Part shown: positions 45,272 to 51,541 of the stretch, piece by piece
How the letters are laid out: every line of letters starts with the position of its first letter
Numbering within the stretch: the stretch's first letter is position 1
IMG/VR virus record: IMGVR_UViG_3300045988_101944
Direction: 5' to 3' (one strand)
DNA from: a virus
Length of the DNA stretch: 55,877 bases
Notes under the pieces: model-generated
Seen by the model: the letters and a program-made list of their open reading frames with translations, nothing else
What the model was told of the DNA's origin: nothing
Database searches by the model: none
Translations under genes and position numbers: made by a program

Positions 45272-45339
45272 CACGCCCGGAAAGCATCGAACTTTCGTTA
45301 GAGGTTTTGGAGACCTCATTCTGGCCAACAGACAGACGC
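45272..45339 (-). tRNA. tRNA-Trp(CCA) with a reduced D arm
   Basis: Anticodon arm GAGGT-CTCCAAA-ACCTC; T arm GAAAG-TTCGATG-CTTTC; acceptor GCGTCTG/CGGGCGT (3 G.U pairs); D arm only CTG-TTGGC-CAG. Total 68 nt. Confidence 0.55.
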
Positions 45340-45371
45340 ATATAAAGTTTTCACGATAGTTTTGAGGATAA

Positions 45372-45500
45372 GTAGATAGGTGTGGATTTGCACCACACAG
45401 GAAAGACTTACTTTCTCATAATGTCCCCTGAGAAATACTTTCTCTGTATTGCGTTTTGCAATAGACATTTCATAGCGTTTACCTATTCCGCCACTATCTA
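45372..45500 (-). ncRNA. 129-nt tRNA-like gene whose anticodon domain is replaced by a roughly 75-nt multi-hairpin insert
   Basis: Acceptor TAGATAG/CTATCTA; D arm GCG-GAATAGGTAAA-CGC; T arm GTGTGG-TGCAAAT-CCACAC (G at T-loop position 2). The insert has the closing stem AATGTC/GACATT, with hairpins TATTGC-AAAAC-GCAATA and GAGAAA-GTA-TTTCTC inside it and GAAAG-TAAGT-CTTTC 3' of it. Confidence 0.45.
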
Positions 45501-45584
45501 CCACCCGCGTCGTAACTAGTATTTTTGCGTAGGCATATTATTTGGTTATTCAATATGCCGTCAGTAAACAACAGCATATTGCCA

Positions 45585-45664
45585 TCGGATAGACAGGGCT
45601 CGAACCTGTGACTCCCTCCGCTACCATTACCGCAGTGGGTTTCTCCCAACTGAACTACTATCCG
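45585..45664 (-). ncRNA. 80-nt tRNA-like gene with an anticodon arm 7 nt too long (7-bp stem, 10-nt loop)
   Basis: Acceptor CGGATAG/CTATCCG (perfect); D arm GTTC-AGTTGGGA-GAAAC; T arm ACAGG-TTCGAGC-CCTGT; anticodon region CCACTGC-GGTAATGGTA-GCGGAGG. No 5-bp/7-nt solution exists in any register. Confidence 0.5.
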
Positions 45665-45860
45665 TTATATAGTTTAATTAGCTGCTAAAACAGGTTTCTC
45701 AACTCACAGCATTGCATATCCCCACTACGAACATTGATATGCGTTCCCACTCGAATTGATGTGGTGTGGATTTGAACCGCACATAGCAATCACTTTGCAA
45801 CAGGTAACACCCATACAGGTTTCTTTGCCGACATTGTTTTCTGCACAAGTGTTGACATAA

Positions 45861-45943
45861 CGCAGACACAAGGATTTGAACCTTGACAGCATTTCTGCTG
45901 GATAGCTTAGCAAGCTACTGTGATACCATTACACCATATCTGC
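45861..45943 (-). tRNA. tRNA-Ser(GCU), type II
   Basis: Acceptor GCAGATA/TGTCTGC; anticodon arm GTAGC-TTGCTAA-GCTAT; variable arm AGCA-GAAA-TGCT; T arm CAAGG-TTCAAAT-CCTTG; discriminator G. Confidence 0.85.
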
Positions 45944-46135
45944 ATAACTGGTCAGTTTCCGTTTTTACTTACTCCACACTGCCCTAAGTGTAAGGTTCTT
46001 TTAGTCAGCGGTTAACGCTATCTTTTGAATAACAACCGCTCAATTCAGTTCCCTGTGCTAAGTTTAACCGGTATATTGATTAGCACCTGCATTTCTATAA
46101 TAAACGCACTAGGAGTGTACTGACAACATCACCAA

Positions 46136-46207
46136 CTGGCATAGCAGGTATCGAACCTACGACCCACAGATTAACAATCTGTTGCTCTACCACTGAGCTA
46201 TATACCA
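46136..46207 (-). tRNA. tRNA-Asn(GUU)
   Basis: TGGTATA-TA-GCTC-AGTGGTA-GAGC-A-ACAGA-TTGTTAA-TCTGT-GGGTC-GTAGG-TTCGATA-CCTGC-TATGCCA-G forms a canonical cloverleaf. Confidence 0.9.
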
Positions 46208-46461
46208 AAATTGCATACACCTCTGTATAGGCTTTTAAGATGGTATGCAAGCACCTGTGTGTTATGGGGGTGTGAAATTTGTAATGGAACTACATTAGTC
46301 CAGTACGGAAAAAGTATGTAAGTTCGGGCATCGTGGGATAGACACCCGAACAACCACACCGAGCCGTGCGATGGCTCTTAACAGCATTCCGCTAGTGTGG
46401 GAAAGGAGTTTTTCTCCGCGATTTTGCAAGAAGAAAAACAAAGATGGCATATCTTGCCAAA

Positions 46462-46533
46462 CTGGGGTAATGGGATTTGAACCCATGATGTAGCAGTCAA
46501 AGTGCTATGCCTTAACCTCTTGGCGATACCCCA
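46462..46533 (-). tRNA. tRNA-Gln(UUG)
   Basis: TGGGGTA-TC-GCC-AAGAGGTTAA-GGC-A-TAGCA-CTTTGAC-TGCTA-CATC-ATGGG-TTCAAAT-CCCAT-TACCCCA-G, with the U1-A72 pair typical of bacterial tRNA-Gln. Confidence 0.9.
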
Positions 46534-46690
46534 TTATTCCGCAAGACTGTTATTGCCTTGCGGATGTGATATGTAATATTTTTATGAAGTACAAAAGATA
46601 TGAATTAAAATACAAATATTAAACAAGTTTCAAAAAATGTTTCACTTTAAATTGTTGGTGCTCTTATTGCCATACTTTATCACCTCAGTT

Positions 46691-47068
46691 CTATTTATTA
46701 TCTTCATATAATCGGGCATATTCCCAAGCCACACAGACAGAGTCTCTCGCACTCCATGAAGTTGAGCCATTAGCCCATGCGAAAACTTTTCCATTTTCAT
46801 ATTTTGCAAAATGTCCATGTATCCATTTTGGTGCCAGTTCGTCTTTTACAAGAATCGGAGTATCGACAGGTACTTTTGACCAATCTGTTTTATATTCTTC
46901 ATCAAGCCACTGTTTTGCAAGTGTTTTGCAAGCTATTCCGTTATGAGAAAACTGGCATTGTTCACTACAGGATGCAGGGCACTGAAAAGGCTTATTTTTT
47001 TCATCCACTCCAAAACTGCTTAAAAAGATACTGTATAAATCTTCCGCATACTTTTCTTTGTTTGTCAT
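46691..47068 (-). CDS. Hypothetical protein
   Basis: Start moved to the ATG at 47068 (MTNKEKYAEDLY...). 125 aa. Confidence 0.5.
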   Translation of the reverse strand: MTNKEKYAEDLYSIFLSSFGVDEKNKPFQCPASCSEQCQFSHNGIACKTLAKQWLDEEYKTDWSKVPVDTPILVKDELAPKWIHGHFAKYENGKVFAWANGSTSWSARDSVCVAWEYARLYEDNK

Positions 47069-47085
47069 TCTATCCACCGCCCTTA

Positions 47086-47241
47086 TCAATATTTTATAAT
47101 ATGCTTTTTCAAGCACTTTTTACAAACATAAACATCTTTATATCCGACTGGAATTTTATCATTTTCTCCTTGTATCGCAATGCAATGCTTTAATTCCCAT
47201 TCATGCTTACAAAATAACCTTTTTAAAGTCTCTGCTATCAT
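47086..47241 (-). CDS. Small Cys-containing ORF (51 aa)
   Basis: Own translation MIAETLKRLFCKHEWELKHCIAIQGENDKIPVGYKDVYVCKKCLKKHIIKY. Confidence 0.35.
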   Translation of the reverse strand: MIAETLKRLFCKHEWELKHCIAIQGENDKIPVGYKDVYVCKKCLKKHIIKY

Positions 47242-47248
47242 ATTCACC

Positions 47249-47434
47249 TCATACCAATCTTGCTAAATGCTTGCCTTTGAGGACGATATATACTTTCTTA
47301 GGACTACTGCCATCTTTCGGGAAATGCCAATCAACTATATGATTTTGCACCATCAAGAATTTTCCAAGGATAAACTTTGTTGCAATTCCATTATGTCTCA
47401 ATGAAAATAAATCTTTAACTGTGTATTTTCTCAT
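47249..47434 (-). CDS. Hypothetical protein
   Basis: 61 aa track ORF. Confidence 0.4.
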   Translation of the reverse strand: MRKYTVKDLFSLRHNGIATKFILGKFLMVQNHIVDWHFPKDGSSPKKVYIVLKGKHLARLV

Positions 47435-47650
47435 AGACTACTCCTTTTCCTGAAAAGCCGGTTTTTGTTTTTGAGGTTGTTTGAGGGACTTAGTGGGTCG
47501 ATTTTTTCAAGCTCACCAGAGGGGTACCCCCTGCCGCAATGATTGTTGGCTTTACTGTTGTGAACATATATTTGTAAATACCAAAAATCTGTCATTTTCT
47601 TTAACTATTCGTAAAAGTATAGTTTAGCGAAGAGTTGAGTTCTTAAACCG

Positions 47651-48322
47651 CTATATCTTGTTGTTCTTATCCTCAACAGCCGCTACATGTCGTGGTGCTG
47701 TGTCATGTCGTGGTGCTGTGTCAAGTCTTGGAAGCTCTGCTGCTGTCTTTTGTTCGACTTGCTGTACATGAAGCTTGCCGTCTTCTCGCCAACCCTTTTT
47801 ATGATTGAGTGCTGCGAGTGCTCCGGTCGGGTTTCTGAGTGAGAACGCTTTAGACATCAAAGCCTCTTCCTCACTATCATAAAGATTTTGCAAAAACTCT
47901 GAACCCGCTTTACTTAGTACACTACTATCTTTCTTCCACCTGCATATAGTATCTACTGTAATACCTGTCATATATATAAATCCTTGTTGAGTAGGTATTT
48001 TATCATATAGCATACACTCATATATATATATATCGCATATACGTTTTACTTTCTCTAAGTCATATGCATTACAGTTACTCTTATTAAGATTGCTATGCTC
48101 GTTGTCATAGTTGTTGTTTATATAACCCTCTGGTGGTGTAGTCATTTTTAACATTTTATTATTTTTAAATACATGCTTTTGAATGTACATCAATGCAGAA
48201 CTCCACACGTTTTGCGGTTCGCTTCTCATGTCTTTTATGCCCTGCTCTTCAAGAAAAAGCTGTAAATATTTATCTACATCATTTTCAAAAACATCTATGT
48301 TTTGCTCTACATCCTTTACCAT
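47651..48322 (-). CDS. Terminase small subunit (putative)
   Basis: Start at the ATG at 48322 after GGAGGTGAG. The pattern IPTQQGFIYMTGITVDTICRWKKD...EEALMSKAF..RNPTGALAALNHKKGW resembles small terminases. It is adjacent to the HNH gene and the repeat array. Confidence 0.55.
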   Translation of the reverse strand: MVKDVEQNIDVFENDVDKYLQLFLEEQGIKDMRSEPQNVWSSALMYIQKHVFKNNKMLKMTTPPEGYINNNYDNEHSNLNKSNCNAYDLEKVKRICDIYIYECMLYDKIPTQQGFIYMTGITVDTICRWKKDSSVLSKAGSEFLQNLYDSEEEALMSKAFSLRNPTGALAALNHKKGWREDGKLHVQQVEQKTAAELPRLDTAPRHDTAPRHVAAVEDKNNKI

Positions 48323-48514
48323 CTTCTCACCTCCAGTATTGTTATATAAATAAAAAAGCACCTGAAAAAGATATTATACATGGCATATACGCTATATATG
48401 TTCATATCTCTCAAGTGCAATTCTGCTAAATATTTAATTTATGCATCTACTATACAGCTAAATACAACTACTGTCAATACCCTAAATATATTTTTTTGCT
48501 TTATATATAATCTA

Positions 48515-48620
48515 TATACTGGCTATATGTATGTATAATTTACTGTATTGGTTTATAATATACTCTACTGGCTGTATTTATATATATTTATGCTTAATAT
48601 ACTTTACTGGCTAATACTAT
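48515..48620. repeat. Three phased copies of a TACTGGCT-containing motif at a 39-bp period, in a 480-bp A+T-rich non-coding region
   Basis: ACTGGCT occurs at 48528, 48567 and 48606. Copies 2 and 3 share TAATATACT[CT]TACTGGCT. Confidence 0.8.
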
Positions 48621-48852
48621 AGTTTTATCTAAGAGTTTAATTCTTTGATATAACAGTAACAGATAACAGATGCTTGCATGGTGTATCGAAAAACTCGAAA
48701 ATCTGTATAAACATAGTATGTTTTTTAGGCAAAACTAACATAAAACATTATAAATAGCATTAAAGTTTTGTAAATTTTCAACTATAAAAACACACATTAT
48801 ATAATTATACAAAAATTCGAGTTTATAAGTTTAAAGATAATATTAAGTTGTA

Positions 48853-49185
48853 CTATTTTTTTAGAAATTTTCGTTTTTCAAAATAAAACTTGATGGGTCT
48901 TCTAACAATCGTCATATATTTATCAACCATCATCACATGTTTATCCGTATGAAGATAATTCAAAATAACTCTTCTAAATTCCTCTATACTTTTGTCGCCT
49001 TTTATCATGTTGCATTGAGGGCAAGCAGGAACAAGATTTTCCCTCATTTTTCCACCCTTGGCTTTCGGGATAAAATGGTCTACATGAAAATTTTCTAAAT
49101 CAATGTCATAACCGCAATAAAAGCACTTCCCTCTAGTCATGTCATAGATTTGCTTTCTTCGTTCTTTAGTCATGGTTTTGCTCAT
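48853..49185 (-). CDS. HNH endonuclease
   Basis: Contains CFYCGYDI...HVDHFIPKAKGG...NLVPACPQCNMIKGDK. Confidence 0.85.
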   Translation of the reverse strand: MSKTMTKERRKQIYDMTRGKCFYCGYDIDLENFHVDHFIPKAKGGKMRENLVPACPQCNMIKGDKSIEEFRRVILNYLHTDKHVMMVDKYMTIVRRPIKFYFEKRKFLKK

Positions 49186-49280
49186 TTACCATTCCGCCTT
49201 TCTTTTTTTGTTTCTATGATATTATTTTTAACTTTACAAGCAGCTATATTTCAAGCTGCTACAAAAATCAATTTTTATTT

Positions 49281-49541
49281 TTATAAACAATACTGGATAT
49301 AATATGTTTTTTCGTCATGTTCAACAATTCCCCAGTCTGTAACCGGCTTTTTCTCTGCCACCATTCTTCTATACTCTGCTCTATCTTCCTCGTCAATATT
49401 CCACTCGTCAAGGTAGCTTTCAAGATTTTTTTCAAAGTCGGTATCTTCAAAAACTGTTGTCCCGTTTTCTAAATGTTTTGTTGCTTCGCTTTCTGTGCAT
49501 CCATCCATTTTTAAAACTTCAATACTTGTCATAATATCCAC
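49281..49541 (-). CDS. Hypothetical acidic protein
   Basis: 86 aa track ORF. Confidence 0.45.
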   Translation of the reverse strand: MDIMTSIEVLKMDGCTESEATKHLENGTTVFEDTDFEKNLESYLDEWNIDEEDRAEYRRMVAEKKPVTDWGIVEHDEKTYYIQYCL

Positions 49542-49626
49542 CTTTCAGTCATTGACTGCCTTTCTTTATTTGATATATTTATTATACATCCTTGAGCGGT
49601 AAATGTCAACACCTTATTAGATGTTA

Positions 49627-49854
49627 TTAAAAATATTTTATTTTTTCATTGTCTGTGACAATTACTTTAAAAATGTCGGATGGCTGGCACTTTAAAATAA
49701 CGCAAATAGTGTTCAAACTCTTAGTATTGATGTCGCTTCTATTCCTCAAGCGTTGCATAGTGCTTTCGCTTAAAATCTTTTCTCGCCTCATTTTATTTGC
49801 TGTATACCCTCGTTCTGCCAGTGCTTTCATTACATCAATTTTATATTCTATCAT
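49627..49854 (-). CDS. XRE/Cro-type HTH regulator
   Basis: 75 aa. It is the first gene after a divergent promoter region and contains MRREKILSESTMQRLRNRSDINTKSLNTICVILKCQPSDIF. Confidence 0.55.
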   Translation of the reverse strand: MIEYKIDVMKALAERGYTANKMRREKILSESTMQRLRNRSDINTKSLNTICVILKCQPSDIFKVIVTDNEKIKYF

Positions 49855-49909
49855 TTAAAAAAATCTCCTTTCGTTTTTTCTATATTATATATGATTTTTT
49901 CTGTCTTTT

Positions 49910-49978
49910 CAACACTTTTAAAAAAAATACTATATCACCCTAAAAAGTGTTGACAAACACCTAAAAAGATGTTATTAT
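49910..49978. promoter_or_regulatory. Divergent promoter region with a 10-bp inverted repeat
   Basis: CAACACTTTT (49910-49919) pairs with AAAAGTGTTG (49943-49952). The plus-strand promoter has TTGACA (49950-49955), a 17-nt spacer and TATTAT (49973-49978). A minus-strand TTGAAA-17-TATAAT promoter lies just upstream. Confidence 0.55.
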
Positions 49979-50018
49979 ATATACAACATAAGGAAAGCAA
50001 ATAAGAAAGGTTGAAAAG

Positions 50019-50423
50019 GTGAACATTATGACAAAAGTGGAAAATTATGAAAACGTTTCTTTAAAAGCTGAAGAAATCAGAGCTTATTTATTACAAAATC
50101 AAGAACCGTATGCACTTGACGCAGCATATAGCAAGCCGTGGGTTTGGTACAGAGACCACACAACTCAGGAGGCTATCGAAATTTTAAGAAAAGAAACTGA
50201 GTTCCAAACCGTTATTAACGGAAGATTTACGAGTAAAAAAGGTATCGAATACAGATTTACAATTTCTAGTGATTTAAGTGTGGAGCAGTACAAAAGCGGG
50301 TATGATTATTATGTACGATGCCCGGGCGGTTCAAAAGTTGGACGTGATAAATATGTAAATCCCACAAAAGAACTTAAAGAATATATAAAAAGCAGATATG
50401 GTTTAGATGTTTGGAATTATTAA
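50019..50423 (+). CDS. Hypothetical protein (plus-strand cassette gene 1)
   Basis: 134 aa track ORF. The ATG at 50028 is the more likely start. Confidence 0.55.
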   Translation: MNIMTKVENYENVSLKAEEIRAYLLQNQEPYALDAAYSKPWVWYRDHTTQEAIEILRKETEFQTVINGRFTSKKGIEYRFTISSDLSVEQYKSGYDYYVRCPGGSKVGRDKYVNPTKELKEYIKSRYGLDVWNY

Positions 50424-50432
50424 GAAAGGTTT

Positions 50433-50472
50433 AGCAAGACCGGCATATCGGGGTTCAACTCCCCGACTTGCT
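50433..50472 (+). other. tRNA-like minihelix (acceptor-like stem plus canonical T arm) between two plus-strand genes
   Basis: AGCAAG-ACCGGCATAT-CGGGG-TTCAACT-CCCCG-A-CTTGCT. No D or anticodon arm is present upstream. Confidence 0.5.
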
Positions 50473-50523
50473 TTGAATGAAAATAAAATAAAAGGCAATA
50501 ACTTAGCATAGGGAGGCGATTTT

Positions 50524-50694
50524 ATGACAGCAAAGCAATTTTACAATTTTCACCGTTCCCAGTTCGATACTTGGGAACATGGTGAAATCGAAAAAACATG
50601 GATTGACGAAAACGGTAATGTTTGCATCATGTATCAATCGGGCAAATGGTGGCATTATAATATGGACAAAAAAGGGAATATAATTTTTTGGTAA
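50524..50694 (+). CDS. Small hypothetical protein (56 aa, plus-strand cassette gene 2)
   Basis: ATG after GGGAGG. Translation begins MTAKQFYNFHRSQFDTWEHGEIEKTWIDENGNVCIMYQSGKWWHY... It ends at the bidirectional terminator. Confidence 0.45.
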   Translation: MTAKQFYNFHRSQFDTWEHGEIEKTWIDENGNVCIMYQSGKWWHYNMDKKGNIIFW

Positions 50695-50728
50695 AAAAAA
50701 GAGACTGTAAAAAGTCTCTTTTTGTTTT
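50693..50728. terminator. Bidirectional Rho-independent terminator
   Basis: An A8 run, then AGAGACT-GTAAAA-AGTCTCT, then TTTTTGTTT, lying between convergent genes. Confidence 0.75.
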
Positions 50729-50981
50729 ACAATATCGAATTTTGTTTCTGTAAAATATCCATAAGCTGACTGGCTGACATAAGCGTATATTTATGCCCTT
50801 GCTTTAACTGTATTCTATCGGTATATTCATAGCCTGTATAGATTTCCACTCCCTGCATCATTTCAGATATTGCGTAAACTCTGCAACTCTTGCCATACTC
50901 TGATATATCAAGCTCAAGACTTTCTATCAAGTCATCACACTCATACGATACATATTCGCCTTTTGTTCCTATTATTGCCAT
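50727..50981 (-). CDS. Hypothetical protein
   Basis: 84 aa track ORF. Confidence 0.45.
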   Translation of the reverse strand: MAIIGTKGEYVSYECDDLIESLELDISEYGKSCRVYAISEMMQGVEIYTGYEYTDRIQLKQGHKYTLMSASQLMDILQKQNSIL

Positions 50982-50995
50982 ATTGAAACTCCTTT

Positions 50996-51154
50996 TTATT
51001 TGTTAGTATAGCAGTTTTCCTCTTTGCTGGCAATTCCTTTACTTATCATCAACGCTCTTGTTAAATAGTCACTATATCGTATCTCAGATATAAGTTTTTC
51101 TATTGTTATGTCGGGATTCGTCTTTTGTATCTGCTCTAATAATTTCTCTATCAT
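50996..51154 (-). CDS. Small hypothetical ORF (52 aa)
   Basis: Own translation MIEKLLEQIQKTNPDITIEKLISEIRYSDYLTRALMISKG...; it has a 4-nt overlap with the upstream gene. Confidence 0.35.
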   Translation of the reverse strand: MIEKLLEQIQKTNPDITIEKLISEIRYSDYLTRALMISKGIASKEENCYTNK

Positions 51155-51471
51155 GCCACACTCCTTGTTAATGTTATCATCAAATCGTCAAGTAAATATA
51201 TCAAATCTGCACCATACAGGCTTATCCAGTCTGCCAAATACTCCTCCTGCTGAATAGGCATATATATGTTATAGCTAAAGCAAAAACAATGACATAGTTC
51301 GTGAGCTATTATTTTGCGTAAATAGCCGTTTTTTACATTATCTGATACATATACTGTCTTGTCGTTAAAATCGGTCACAGCAAGGCTAATAGAACCGTCA
51401 GAACGCATAAGTTTATTACTGCCGCTTGGTACAAATACAATTTGCCACATTATATTGTTTATTATAAACAT
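51151..51471 (-). CDS. Putative small zinc metallopeptidase (HExxH; ImmA/IrrE-like?)
   Basis: 106 aa with IIAHELCHCF. Confidence 0.4.
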   Translation of the reverse strand: MFIINNIMWQIVFVPSGSNKLMRSDGSISLAVTDFNDKTVYVSDNVKNGYLRKIIAHELCHCFCFSYNIYMPIQQEEYLADWISLYGADLIYLLDDLMITLTRSVA

Positions 51472-51541
51472 AAAATCACCTCACAAAAAAGAAGCCACTA
51501 ACTTATATTGTTAATGACTTCGTGAATGGTAGAAAATATTT

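Noticed and set aside
45165-46486. Track ORFs 45165..45359 (+), 45316..45504 (-), 45725..45913 (-) and 46295..46486 (-) as protein-coding genes.
   Set aside because: Each runs through tRNA or tRNA-like sequence, lacks an RBS and has an unremarkable translation. The region is better explained as structured RNA.
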